NCBI GenBank assembly: GCA_050246315.1
Contig: JBFWWG010000004.1
Location: 32,001 to 96,000, forward strand
Reading direction: 5' to 3'
DNA from: Nitrospiraceae bacterium
GTDB lineage: Bacteria > Nitrospirota > Nitrospiria > Nitrospirales > Nitrospiraceae
DNA: 64,000 nucleotides
Positions 20,281-30,389 of the stretch are shown piece by piece; within the stretch, counting starts at the first letter, position 1; each line of letters starts with the position of its first letter. The position numbers and the translations under genes are program-made. Below the pieces are notes generated by a model that made no database searches, was not told where the DNA came from, and saw only the letters and a list, made by a program, of their open reading frames with translations.

Positions 20281-20535
20281 ATGGGAATGGCCCCGGAGTA
20301 TATCGTGGTAGAAGGGCAGGAGTTCAGCAAGGCCAAGCTGACCTTGGACAGCCACGTCTATAAGAACTGCACGCTCGACGATTGCGACATCTACTACTGC
20401 GGCGGCGCCTATGAGTTGATCGACACGCGCGTGACCAATTGCCGCCTGATCCTGAATCACCCCGCCAAAGGCATGTACGCGGCTATTCAGATTTTCAAGA
20501 TGAAGTCCCCCGGTTCGACGATCGTCTCCGATTGA
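20281..20535 (+). CDS. Hypothetical 84-aa protein, beta-rich
   Basis: GGAGGA RBS, upstream promoter motif, protein-like sequence. Confidence 0.7.
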   Translation: MGMAPEYIVVEGQEFSKAKLTLDSHVYKNCTLDDCDIYYCGGAYELIDTRVTNCRLILNHPAKGMYAAIQIFKMKSPGSTIVSD

Positions 20536-20586
20536 CCACGCCTGTCCGTCCCTATCTTACCGCTGCTTCAACCACGGCGACCGTGG

Positions 20587-21828
20587 TTATTTGTTGATCG
20601 GGACGTTCTCGGCATATTTGGTGATGGGAACGGCTTCAAACGCAGGGTCTTGCGCTCCCTTCGGGGATTCCGCCTCAATGCGCTGAAGAAATGTGCTCGG
20701 CCCGGCCACAGGGGCGTAGTTGAGCGACAGCTCCACGTCGAAGCTCTTGGTATCTTTCGGGGTCGGGAACTCGAAGGTTTCGACCCGCGTTTCCTCCGGC
20801 TTGAGCACGGTATCTTCCGCGACCTTGACCGCTTCGAAATCGAACACCGTGGGCTGGCCCTTGGCATCCAGGTACTTTCTGCCGTACACCCGCCTGTCGC
20901 TGTGAACCGTCCGGAGGTTCTTGCCCTTGATCGCCAAGTCCAGCGCCACGCTCGCCCAGCCCGGGTGGGTGGTCGGCAGGCTGTGAGGCACCAGGCTGTG
21001 GACCTTGACCGTGACCTTGGTCTTGTCTCCCTGCACCTCGCTCGTCACCTCCAGCTTCGCAGCCTCCTGCCGCAGTTTCCCAACTCGTCCGGGGAAGGTG
21101 TGGTTCGCGACCTTCCGCTTGTTCTCTCCGTTGGCGGATTCGCCGAGTTGCTCCGGCATGTGACAGGTCTGGCATTCCTTGCCGGACTTCACCGCCTTGC
21201 TGGTCTCCCACGATCCCAACAGGTCGTTGCTCGTCCCCAAGTTGCCCGCGGTCGGCACGGTCACGTGGCAATTCAAGCAGAGGGCCGACTTGCGGAACAG
21301 GTCCAGGTCCGCGGATTGGTGAGCCAGGTTCGCAGCCGCGTCCTTATACGGCCCATAGAGCGTCTTGCTGCCGAAATCGTACTTCGGCATCGGGGGATGC
21401 GCCGTGCGATCCACCTCTTTAATCAAGTGGCATTGCGCGCAGGCAACCCCATCGATCGAGGGCTCGCCCGATTGCACCTGCTTGATGAAGGATTCGGCGA
21501 GTTCCGGATACTCCTTGATGTGCGGCGCATGGCAGCGCAGGCAGAGGGCCTTGTCCTTTCCGCCCGAGAAGGTCAGATATTGATCGATGGCGGCACGAAA
21601 CGCCGGCGAATGCAGCGAACGGGACATGGGCGAGGTTTCCCATTCTTCATAGACCCGCTCGTGACACCGCTTGCATTTGGCGGCGAGGGGAAAGGCCTTC
21701 TCCAACGGCAATTTGGCCTTGGCCGCCTCCTCCGCCCGGCTTGATTCCAGCGCCAGGCCGAGGAGCAGGACCACGAGTCCAACCGCTCCGACGATCACGC
21801 CCCGTCTCCACATCGTGTTTGCATTCAC
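20587..21828 (-). CDS. Exported pentaheme cytochrome c (c554/c-552-like)
   Basis: Signal peptide; five CxxCH motifs (CKRCH, CLRCH, CAQCH, CLNCH, CQTCH). Confidence 0.92.
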   Translation of the reverse strand: MNANTMWRRGVIVGAVGLVVLLLGLALESSRAEEAAKAKLPLEKAFPLAAKCKRCHERVYEEWETSPMSRSLHSPAFRAAIDQYLTFSGGKDKALCLRCHAPHIKEYPELAESFIKQVQSGEPSIDGVACAQCHLIKEVDRTAHPPMPKYDFGSKTLYGPYKDAAANLAHQSADLDLFRKSALCLNCHVTVPTAGNLGTSNDLLGSWETSKAVKSGKECQTCHMPEQLGESANGENKRKVANHTFPGRVGKLRQEAAKLEVTSEVQGDKTKVTVKVHSLVPHSLPTTHPGWASVALDLAIKGKNLRTVHSDRRVYGRKYLDAKGQPTVFDFEAVKVAEDTVLKPEETRVETFEFPTPKDTKSFDVELSLNYAPVAGPSTFLQRIEAESPKGAQDPAFEAVPITKYAENVPINK

Positions 21829-21881
21829 AGCAGACCCCCTTCAACCAGCCAGCCGAGGTGCGCGTTCCTGGCAGGACGACG

Positions 21882-23234
21882 CTACAGGGTTTTCACTCGA
21901 TAGGTCAGGACCCGCGGCTGAATGTACTCGTCGATGATGGTCCCGGCTCGCTTCCGCTCCTCATCATTCGGCAGCGTTGCCAGGTACTGATCGCGGAGCG
22001 CCGGCGAGGGTTCGGGGATGAGTTGATAGCTCAGGACAGCTTCGATGGATGCCGGGACCGCCGCGCCTTGCCAGGTGTGTGAGAACGGGACTTTTCTGGT
22101 CGTCCCTCCCTTGATGAAGGGGTCAGGGATCGGCCCCCTGAGAATCTGCTCGTAGGGCAGGCCGAAGCGCTTCTCTTCTGTGGCCAGGACATTCCCTTTC
22201 GCATCCTTGACGGTGATCGTCAGCAGGAACTGCTTGAGAACCGGGTCTCCGTCCGGGAAGCTGTGAGGCAGGCTGCCGACCCTGACGAGCGCCGTGCCGA
22301 CGACGGAGTCGGCTGATTTCGTCGCCTCGATATCGACCCGCGGCATCCATTCCGCTTGCAGGTTTCGGTTCTTGAGCAGCGTCCCCGGAATGACCACCCC
22401 GCGAAACCAGTGACGTCCGATCTGCCGCGTGAGCGAACCGCGTTTGGAGGTGGAACTGCCGGTGGAGGGCTCCATATGGCAATCCTGACAGATGGTCCCC
22501 TGCAGGATCTCGCCCGGAAGGTCCCGCTTCGTGACGTCCTTCACCTTGTCGAAGTGGCAGGACGCGCAGAAATTGGCGCCGCGATACAAGTCGGACTGTT
22601 CGGCCGTATGGACCAGGTTCTCCTCCGGATCACTGTAGGGTCCATAGAGCGTGGCTCCGGGTTTGAGCCTGAAGGTCGGCGGGGATCCGCCATTGGGCTC
22701 GATGGCATGGATCAGGTGACAGGAGGCGCATCCGATGCCCTCCACCGTCACCTTTCCGTTCAGCACCTGGTCGGCGATTTTTCCCGCATATTGCGGATAG
22801 ACGGTCGCGGCCGGCACGTGACAGGAGAGACACTTGGCCTGCTGTTCCGCGGTTGGTTTCGTCTGCATCCACAGGCCGAGGACGGTCTTGAAAACCGGCG
22901 ACTCCAGCGCGGTCCCGTGGAGCAGCGCCGCGTCCACCCGCCCGAAGGTCTTGAGGTCGGGCGTCTGCTCGCGCATGCCTTTCCATTCTTCGTAATGGCG
23001 GTCATGGCACTGCTTGCAATCCTCCGACCGAATGAAGGTCTTCTCGATTTCAGCGACCCATCCTTCCACTCCATCGGAGGATGCCTGGCCGCCCGGCTTG
23101 TCCGCACCGGCTCCGGTTGGCTCGTCCGCTTTCTGCGCACCCGCCCCATCGTAGAGTGCAACTGCCGCGACGAGACTCGCGACCAGGCACAGGCTGCCTG
23201 CCTTGATCCATCGCCACCTCCGCAACGTCGTCAT
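21882..23234 (-). CDS. Exported pentaheme cytochrome c, paralogue of the downstream gene
   Basis: Signal peptide; CKQCH, CLSCH, CASCH, CASCH, CQDCH. Confidence 0.92.
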   Translation of the reverse strand: MTTLRRWRWIKAGSLCLVASLVAAVALYDGAGAQKADEPTGAGADKPGGQASSDGVEGWVAEIEKTFIRSEDCKQCHDRHYEEWKGMREQTPDLKTFGRVDAALLHGTALESPVFKTVLGLWMQTKPTAEQQAKCLSCHVPAATVYPQYAGKIADQVLNGKVTVEGIGCASCHLIHAIEPNGGSPPTFRLKPGATLYGPYSDPEENLVHTAEQSDLYRGANFCASCHFDKVKDVTKRDLPGEILQGTICQDCHMEPSTGSSTSKRGSLTRQIGRHWFRGVVIPGTLLKNRNLQAEWMPRVDIEATKSADSVVGTALVRVGSLPHSFPDGDPVLKQFLLTITVKDAKGNVLATEEKRFGLPYEQILRGPIPDPFIKGGTTRKVPFSHTWQGAAVPASIEAVLSYQLIPEPSPALRDQYLATLPNDEERKRAGTIIDEYIQPRVLTYRVKTL

Positions 23235-23252
23235 GCCGCCCTCATGGTCGGA

Positions 23253-23744
23253 TCAATCCTTCAGAATGCGCACGAAATGAAAATTCACGCCCCAGCCCAC
23301 CGGATCTCCCGGATCGGCGGTCTCGTAGGTGCCGACCGTGAAATTCTCTGTCTTCATGGCCCGCTGGAGCGCACAGCCGAAATCACTCATGGTTTTGATG
23401 TCGATCTTGTCGATTTCTTTGACGACCCCGCCGACCTTGATCCCAGCCAGATCCGCAGGGGTGCCGCCGATCACCTCGAACACCACCACCCCTTCGGGCC
23501 GCTGCAACTTGAGCTGTTTTTGAATCTCCTCGTCCACGGGCCCGACAGCGATCCCGAACTGTTCGCCCAAGGCGGCCGCTTCCTCTTCCTTCATCTCGCA
23601 GCCCTTGATGGAGGCTTGAGCGAAGGCATCGGGTCGGACCCCCAATACCGTCCAGAGCAAGACTCCGGCAACAAAAAAAGCCCGACCGGACGGCAGGGCT
23701 TCTTGACTGGCAGCCTTACCAGGAACGCTCGGCACTAGTTCCAT
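23253..23744 (-). CDS. Exported PDZ-domain protein
   Basis: GVVVFEVIGGTPADLAGIKVGGVVKEID; signal-like segment. Confidence 0.85.
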   Translation of the reverse strand: MELVPSVPGKAASQEALPSGRAFFVAGVLLWTVLGVRPDAFAQASIKGCEMKEEEAAALGEQFGIAVGPVDEEIQKQLKLQRPEGVVVFEVIGGTPADLAGIKVGGVVKEIDKIDIKTMSDFGCALQRAMKTENFTVGTYETADPGDPVGWGVNFHFVRILKD

Positions 23745-23821
23745 CCTTTTCTTCGTCGTCTCGCCCTCTCACTCACTCTCCCGGCAGGCCGCATCAACTC
23801 ACTCCGTCCGGTCGAACCGGC

Positions 23822-24646
23822 TCAGACGGTCGGATCGATCGAGAGCAGAAACCAGGGCGCCACGGCCTTCTGACCGTTTCGTTCCTTGTTCTCTCCGTTC
23901 CAGACCGCAAACGAGATCGTCTGGACCCGTCCCGGCACCAGCTTGGCTTCGTTTTCCTGATCGGTGGAAACCAGCGGACGCCTCATCACCACGCGCCACA
24001 CGCCGTCCTTCCAGATCGCCTTGCCTTGAATGCGCCCCTGGCTCTGTTTGCTGGTCAAGGTGCTAAATCCTCCTCCGACCAAATCCTCCACCGAAGAGGC
24101 GCGCCGGGGAATCACCTCGAACGTCCGCACGCCGCCTTTCTGTCGCTCGCCGGCCTTGGCCGCCCGACGATCGACGTCGCTCTGCCAATCCGCTTTCCAG
24201 TGCCAGATATTGATGTAGTGATCAAGCTGACCCATGCAGAAAAAGGCCGGGGCATCTCCCAGCGGTAAGCCGATCGCCACCCCGTCTCGGAATGTCCCCG
24301 GTGTGAGGCGATCATTTTTCGTGTTGTCCTGCCATTCCAGCAGAAAGGCAATATCGCTGCCGTTGTGCACGGACCGAACCGCCAGCGCGCGCGCCGTGGG
24401 CTCCGGCCACACGGGCCTGGTTACCACCTGCCCGCTCAGCGGAAGCGTCATGACCGGGATGGCTTCCCAGGCCGCATCATCGGGACTGCTGGGGACCTCG
24501 CCCGTGACCAACTTGGCGCGGATGACCATGCCTTCCGAGCCGACCAACGGGACACCCAACCACCCAAGGACTATCGCGCAGAGAAGACACGAGAGGAGGA
24601 TCGAGGCAGGAACACGGAGCGATCGACGAGATGGAGGTAATGGCAC
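23822..24646 (-). CDS. Ethylbenzene dehydrogenase gamma-like heme-b-binding protein (NxrC candidate); start approximate
   Basis: VRSVHNGSDIAFLLEWQD, FRDGVAI, CMGQ...INIWHWKADWQ, SSVEDL.GGGFSTLT, FAVWNGENKERNGQK. Confidence 0.88.
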   Translation of the reverse strand: MPLPPSRRSLRVPASILLSCLLCAIVLGWLGVPLVGSEGMVIRAKLVTGEVPSSPDDAAWEAIPVMTLPLSGQVVTRPVWPEPTARALAVRSVHNGSDIAFLLEWQDNTKNDRLTPGTFRDGVAIGLPLGDAPAFFCMGQLDHYINIWHWKADWQSDVDRRAAKAGERQKGGVRTFEVIPRRASSVEDLVGGGFSTLTSKQSQGRIQGKAIWKDGVWRVVMRRPLVSTDQENEAKLVPGRVQTISFAVWNGENKERNGQKAVAPWFLLSIDPTV

Positions 24647-24733
24647 CGGATCTGACCTTTCACGATGGTACGCCCCACACATTCGCTCACAATCGCGTAC
24701 CAAACTGGTGCGCTGTCATCTGTCTGAGGCCGG

Positions 24734-26029
24734 TTACCAGAGCCGGACTCGCCGGACCCGATTCTCTCCCCGCTCGCACACATAGAGATGACCATGGCGA
24801 TCCAATGCCAGGCCGACGGGGGAATTGACCACCGCCTCGGTCGCGACCGGAGCTTCGCCGATCTTGGCCTGAAGCACATCGTCTTTGGCCACGAAGCGGG
24901 CCGCGCCGCAGCCGCCCATGTGCTTGTCCTCGTAGCCGCTGTCCCCATTTCCCGCGATCGTGGCGATCATCCCTGTTTGGGCATCGACCTTGCGGACGCG
25001 GTGATTCATGGTGTCGGAGATATAGAGATGGCCCTGCTGATCGAACGTGACCGCTTCCGGTGCATGGAGCATGGCCTTGACGGCCGGTTTTCCGTCTCCG
25101 TCAAAACCGTAAAAGCACTTGCCGGCCGCCGTCGAGATGGTCCCCGTATGGCGATCGATCTTCCGGACACGGTTGCTGCCCTTGTCCACGACGTAGACAT
25201 GGCCATCCGGCCCCACCGCGATGCCGACCAGATCGTATAGCCGAGACTCCAGGGCCGGCTTCCCGTCGTCCAGGTACAAGGACAGGTCAACGCCCTCGGC
25301 GCACCCGGGGCGTAGCCATTCATCATCACCCGTAAAGTCGATACCGATCGCGTCGCCGGATAGCACGACCAGATTCTTGGCCACCAACGGCTGCTCGCGC
25401 TCATCGTCATCGCTCGTCCAGAAACCGGCGATGGTCTCAATGAGCCCGCGTTTCATATCGAACCGCCGCACGCGATGGGCTTGGGTGTCGGCGATGTACA
25501 TGACGTCGTCTCGGTCGATCGCGATGGCGGCGGGGTAGGTCAAATTGACTTCGAGGGCGGGACCGTCTCCGTTGAAGCCGAACTGCCCGGTGCCGGCCAC
25601 CGTGGTGATGACGCCGGTTTCCGCATCGATCCTCCGAATCCGATTGCTGCCGCTGTCGCAGACGTACAGATTGTTTTGTGAATCGACAGCCACATCCAGC
25701 GGAAGGTACAGACCCGCCTCACCGCAGGGTCCCTCGTCGCCGCTGTAGCAGGTTTCGCCGATCCCGGCAAAGTTGTGCAACGTCCCTTCGCGGAGATTGA
25801 CCCGGCGGATTCGATCCGACCCGGACTCGGCAATGTAGAGCCACGTCTCGTCACGATCAAGCGTGACATGATGCGGCAGCGGAATACCGGCCTTGACGGC
25901 TAATTTGCCGTCGCCCGTGCTCCGCGCCTTACCGTTACCTGCAAACCGCTCGATGCATCCGACCGGCAACTGGACCTGGGTTTCCATGACGAAGGGTTCC
26001 TTCTCGCGCGTCGGCTCAACCTGTGACAA
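24734..26029 (-). CDS. NHL-repeat beta-propeller protein
   Basis: Repeated P..VAVD..NLYVCDSGSNRIRRID units. Confidence 0.92.
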   Translation of the reverse strand: MSQVEPTREKEPFVMETQVQLPVGCIERFAGNGKARSTGDGKLAVKAGIPLPHHVTLDRDETWLYIAESGSDRIRRVNLREGTLHNFAGIGETCYSGDEGPCGEAGLYLPLDVAVDSQNNLYVCDSGSNRIRRIDAETGVITTVAGTGQFGFNGDGPALEVNLTYPAAIAIDRDDVMYIADTQAHRVRRFDMKRGLIETIAGFWTSDDDEREQPLVAKNLVVLSGDAIGIDFTGDDEWLRPGCAEGVDLSLYLDDGKPALESRLYDLVGIAVGPDGHVYVVDKGSNRVRKIDRHTGTISTAAGKCFYGFDGDGKPAVKAMLHAPEAVTFDQQGHLYISDTMNHRVRKVDAQTGMIATIAGNGDSGYEDKHMGGCGAARFVAKDDVLQAKIGEAPVATEAVVNSPVGLALDRHGHLYVCERGENRVRRVRLW

Positions 26030-26032
26030 TCG

Positions 26033-26320
26033 TTACGCCCGCGGGGCCTGTGGTGCCGGGGTCCCCTGGACCTCCGCCACCGTCGCACCGGCCGGTTGGG
26101 CAGGCGCCTGTTGCGGCACTGACGTCGCCTGTGTCTGTTGGGCCGCCGCGATTTGCTGAGCCTCGGCCTCAATGGCCTCCGCCTCATGCACCGACTTCTT
26201 GAACCCCTTGATGGCTTTGCCCAACCCTTCGCCGAGCTGCGGCAATTTGCCTGCCCCGAAGATGATGAGCACGATCACCAGGATGAGAATGAGCTCTGTG
26301 AATCCCAGACTTCCAAACAT
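26033..26320 (-). CDS. tatA: Twin-arginine translocase TatA/TatE subunit
   Basis: [37 protein letters not shown]. Confidence 0.96.
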   Translation of the reverse strand: MFGSLGFTELILILVIVLIIFGAGKLPQLGEGLGKAIKGFKKSVHEAEAIEAEAQQIAAAQQTQATSVPQQAPAQPAGATVAEVQGTPAPQAPRA

Positions 26321-26351
26321 GGTCGGGGTACTCCTTCGCTAGGGTGTATCG

Positions 26352-27164
26352 TTACGGTGCGCTCGCTTCCCGGGCTCGTTTCGAGAACCGCTCCTTCAGA
26401 CGCTTCCTGGCTTCCTCGGCTTGTTCGAACATCTTACACTTATCATAGACGTTGATCAGATTGTAGTGGGCCAGCGGCTCATCGGGATTGTGCTCGACCG
26501 CGCTCTCCATCACCCGGATCGCCAGATCGACTTTGTTGTGCACCAGTGCGACTTCCATGAGCTTGAAGCTTGATTCCAAATGCTTCGGATCGAGCTCGAG
26601 TGTCCGCATGTAGCACTGCATCGCCATGTCGATCGTGTTGTAATCCGACACCTGAGGATTGTCGAGCTCGACATACACCCCCGCCAGGTTGTACCAGGCG
26701 ATCGGGTCTTCCGGCGTGATCTCCACCAACCGCTCGAAATGCTCCTTGGCCTGGAGGAAGTTCTTCCGATCGGCGAACAGCCGCCCGAGGTTGAACAAAC
26801 TCAACACATCGCCCGAGTACACGGTCAAGGCCTGCTTGAACTGCGCCTCCGCTTCATCCACCATGCCTTTGGTGGCATAGATCGTCCCTAAATTGGAATA
26901 GTACATCGCCAGCGACCGGTTCATTTCCGACCGTAGGCCCTCGGCCATATCGATCGCTTTCTTGACTTCGGTCAGGGCGTCATCCAATCGACCTTTGCTG
27001 AAATACAACTCCCCCAGCCGGCAGCGGGCCTGAAAGTCTTCCGGCTCCTCCGCCAGCAATTTCTCAAGTTCGGCGATTTCCTCGTCCGGCGAGAGCGGGT
27101 GTTCTTCGGACGCCACGCCGGCACCGCCTGACTCTGGAGATGGTGATGTGGTCTGCTGTTCCAT
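26352..27164 (-). CDS. Tetratricopeptide-repeat protein
   Basis: Multiple TPR units (YYSNLGTIY, LFNLGRLF, AWYNLAGVY, AHYNLINVY). Confidence 0.9.
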   Translation of the reverse strand: MEQQTTSPSPESGGAGVASEEHPLSPDEEIAELEKLLAEEPEDFQARCRLGELYFSKGRLDDALTEVKKAIDMAEGLRSEMNRSLAMYYSNLGTIYATKGMVDEAEAQFKQALTVYSGDVLSLFNLGRLFADRKNFLQAKEHFERLVEITPEDPIAWYNLAGVYVELDNPQVSDYNTIDMAMQCYMRTLELDPKHLESSFKLMEVALVHNKVDLAIRVMESAVEHNPDEPLAHYNLINVYDKCKMFEQAEEARKRLKERFSKRAREASAP

Positions 27165-27181
27165 AGTGCTCCTGTTCCTCT

Positions 27182-28333
27182 CTATGAATGACTCCCAACC
27201 AACGGGGTCGATGACGGTACAAGCGACTCCTGCGTCGCGGCTTTCGGATCGGCCGTCGCCAACTTCAACCGGTCCAAGCCCAGAAGGATGAGGCCGAGCA
27301 CCACCATGAGGGTCAAATGTGACAACTGCAAGGCATAGCCAGCGGTAAACATCAATCCGATCCCATAGCCGGCCAACCGACCCATGCGGACGAGTTTAAT
27401 CACGGTATAGGACCAGCACAACAGACCGACCAGATACAACGCAAACGGCAGGTAGAAGGTATAGCCCATCCCCATTTGGAAAATCCAACTGATCCCTTCC
27501 CCGGCTTTCCGCATCCGAAAGGCCGCCTCCGGATCATAAGCGCCGAGCAGGAAATCGATGAAAAAGAGTGCGAGGAAGATGCTGCCGCCCACGACACTGA
27601 ACCAGAGCACTCGGCGACGCTGCCGGCGATTTCGGCTCCAGAACCCCTCCGCACCGAATGCGACGAAGCTCAACATGCTGGCCAGCACCATCAAGGCTTC
27701 CCCCGCCCGGCTGATCTCATGCACGAATGGAACGGGAGTGGCGATCCCCAGGAGGCCATAGGTCGTGGACATGACTTGGAAATAGAGCCAGCCGGAAATT
27801 CCAAGGAAAAAGGTCAGTGCGAACATCCGCTGGCTCCACGTCGGATGAGTCCGGAGATAATGGATCACCAGCAGCGCGATCGCCAGAAACGCGATCGCAT
27901 TGTAGGCCACGGACGCCAGCATGCCCATCTCGACCTGGGCGATCACCAAGACCACGTAGGCCAGCGTCAACAGCAACAGCAGCGCCACAGGCGGCCAGAT
28001 GATCCGCTCGGACCAGGCGGCGGTGGCGGCGTGGGCGGCGCGCATCAACAGGAGCCCCAACGCGAGGAAGACCAGAAGCGCCACCACGTTCAAGAGGACG
28101 AAGCCGACCGAAGCCAGTCCCTTAAAGAGCCATCGCACCGCCTCGTGTTCCTGGGCGACTTTGCTGAAATGCATGCCGAGACGGGACGTGAGCCGATAGA
28201 GAATCAGCTCCAAAAGGCCGGCGACCAGGGTGAGCTTGATCGTGTACTCGAACAGCAGCCCCTGCTCGGCGACCCGACCGATCGTCCTCTCGGCGGCCAT
28301 CGGGGTCGTCATGAATTCACCCTCGCTCCGCAC
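27182..28333 (-). CDS. Polytopic membrane protein of unknown function
   Basis: About nine hydrophobic segments; tightly packed in the operon. Confidence 0.8.
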   Translation of the reverse strand: MRSEGEFMTTPMAAERTIGRVAEQGLLFEYTIKLTLVAGLLELILYRLTSRLGMHFSKVAQEHEAVRWLFKGLASVGFVLLNVVALLVFLALGLLLMRAAHAATAAWSERIIWPPVALLLLLTLAYVVLVIAQVEMGMLASVAYNAIAFLAIALLVIHYLRTHPTWSQRMFALTFFLGISGWLYFQVMSTTYGLLGIATPVPFVHEISRAGEALMVLASMLSFVAFGAEGFWSRNRRQRRRVLWFSVVGGSIFLALFFIDFLLGAYDPEAAFRMRKAGEGISWIFQMGMGYTFYLPFALYLVGLLCWSYTVIKLVRMGRLAGYGIGLMFTAGYALQLSHLTLMVVLGLILLGLDRLKLATADPKAATQESLVPSSTPLVGSHS

Positions 28334-28336
28334 CCG

Positions 28337-30103
28337 CTATGGCGCCGACGGCACGGTCGCCTTGGCCCGAGCGATATATAACAGGCCGTCGGCCATGGAA
28401 TAGTTAAATGGCAGCTCGCACACCACCTCGCTGATCTTCTCGTAGACGTGTTGATAGACTCGCTCCGCCTCATCCGGAGTCATGCCTTCCTGGACTTCGT
28501 AAAAATATCCGAGACTGAGATCCTCCGAGGATGGCCGCATGATCCGCCGGATGCCGTACCCGCCCGGATCACTCATGATCGGGGCTTCCTTTTCCAGATC
28601 GAACAGACAGGGTTGACAGGAAAACCCGTAGGAGTCATGAAGTCTGGAATTCTGCACGACGAAGTTCATGGTCTCCAGGGCTTCTTCCTCCTTTTCCGTC
28701 GGGAAGCCCACGATCACATAACAATGCACGGCGATGCCCAGGTCGATGCAATCGTTCGTGATCCGCCGCACGCTGTCCTGTTTGATCCCCTTCTTCATGA
28801 AATCCATCATGCGCTGGTTGAACGTCTCCAGCCCGAAGACGATCTTGAGACAGCCCGCGTCCCGCATCTGTTCCAGCAACTCGCGGCTGAGATTCTTTTC
28901 GAAGCGCATTTCGGCCGTCCACTGAAGGTTCAAGCGGCGCTCGTTCAACATTTGGCAGAGCCGTTTGGTTGGGGACAGGGCCAGGCATTCGTCGGTAAAA
29001 AAGAAATACGGCGTGTCGTATTTTTCCTGCATCATCGCCAGTTCGTCCACCGTCTTGGCCGGATCCTTTTGCCGGAAGTTCTGATGGTCGAGCGTCAAGG
29101 CGCAAAACGCGCAATCCTTGTAATAACAGCCGCGCGAGAACTGCACCGGCAAGACGGTTTCCGGAGCCAGATAGAGATCCAGCGGGAAGCCGTCATAGTC
29201 CGGGGCCGGAAGCTGCCCGATATTTTCGGAATAAAACGGTTGATTGACCGTGATCTTGCCGTGCTGGCGATAAATCAGGTTGGGGACCTTGCTGTAATCC
29301 CGCTTTCCGCTGAGCTGATTCACCAGCTCCAGGAGCGCGGTCTCACCCTCGAACACGATGAAATCGTCCGTCAGGTCAAACAGGCTTGGGCAGCGCCTGA
29401 GATTGTCCACCAAACGCGTAAAAATGCTGCCACCGATCGTCACATGAAGGTCAGGAGCGGTTTCCTTGATCAACCGGCAGAGGGTCAGGCCGGGAACGAT
29501 CTGGGAGGTGGCGGTAATCGAGACACCGACCAGGTCCGGTGATTCGGCCAGAATGGAGGGAAGAAACCGCTGCCGGAAGAAATCGATATAGGGATTCTGG
29601 GCCTCATCGCGAATGACTTTCATCAAGTCTTTGGATGAGTAGAGGGAATAACTGTTGAATTGATTGTCCACCACCGTCAACCGAGTTGGAAAGTAGAGAG
29701 TCGAGATCAGCTCCAACCACTTGTCGACGAGAAAAAGGCTCTCTCGGTACCGTTCCAGATCGTAAAATCCCTCCCCACGCAATGTCTCTTTGGCCGTTTC
29801 AATTCGATCGATCAGGTACGGAAACCGATCCAACGACTCCACCACACGAGCATAGTGCTCGGCGCTGCCCGGACCCGACTCCCCCTGCGCCTGCCGCTCC
29901 AGATGCTTGGCCTTGTCATTCAAACGCTCGTACACCTCGACACCGTAATCGCGCGTGAGCAGCCAATCGAGCAATTCGATACCGATGTCCCGCTGTCCCA
30001 CCTGCTGCACCCCGTGATGCCGCAAAAATCCGGTCAAGGACGGCAGGCTGAGGTACGGTTGGGAGGGATGCCAGGTTGGAGGAAAAACCAGAGATATCTT
30101 CAT
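28337..30103 (-). CDS. B12-binding-domain radical SAM protein
   Basis: PYLSLPSL, SRGCYYKDCAFC (CxxxCxxC), FTDE, GLET, IVGFPTE. Confidence 0.93.
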   Translation of the reverse strand: MKISLVFPPTWHPSQPYLSLPSLTGFLRHHGVQQVGQRDIGIELLDWLLTRDYGVEVYERLNDKAKHLERQAQGESGPGSAEHYARVVESLDRFPYLIDRIETAKETLRGEGFYDLERYRESLFLVDKWLELISTLYFPTRLTVVDNQFNSYSLYSSKDLMKVIRDEAQNPYIDFFRQRFLPSILAESPDLVGVSITATSQIVPGLTLCRLIKETAPDLHVTIGGSIFTRLVDNLRRCPSLFDLTDDFIVFEGETALLELVNQLSGKRDYSKVPNLIYRQHGKITVNQPFYSENIGQLPAPDYDGFPLDLYLAPETVLPVQFSRGCYYKDCAFCALTLDHQNFRQKDPAKTVDELAMMQEKYDTPYFFFTDECLALSPTKRLCQMLNERRLNLQWTAEMRFEKNLSRELLEQMRDAGCLKIVFGLETFNQRMMDFMKKGIKQDSVRRITNDCIDLGIAVHCYVIVGFPTEKEEEALETMNFVVQNSRLHDSYGFSCQPCLFDLEKEAPIMSDPGGYGIRRIMRPSSEDLSLGYFYEVQEGMTPDEAERVYQHVYEKISEVVCELPFNYSMADGLLYIARAKATVPSAP

Positions 30104-30281
30104 GTGCCTCAATTGATCACGTTTGGACCCAAGGCCCCTGAATTGTGGAAGAATCTCGAATTTTTATACACCCCGCCTTCACGCAATTGCAACCCTGGTG
30201 GAGCACCGCCCCCAGAGTCAGCCTTCCGACTCAGCCGGAGCCCTGCGCCGCCAGATTCCTCGGCGTCGAATCTCCTCGCCT

Positions 30282-30327
30282 AAAAAGGAAAAGCCCCGAC
30301 AGGTCTTTCAACCCTCGGGGCCTTTCT
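30282..30327 (-). terminator. Intrinsic terminator downstream of the nxrC-like gene
   Basis: GCCCCGA/TCGGGGC stem followed by a U-rich tract on the minus strand. Confidence 0.7.
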
Positions 30328-30389
30328 CGACTCATGGAACGACCGATGTCGCTAGCGTGGACTTCGACCGCTCCGTTACCTAGCCTTCC

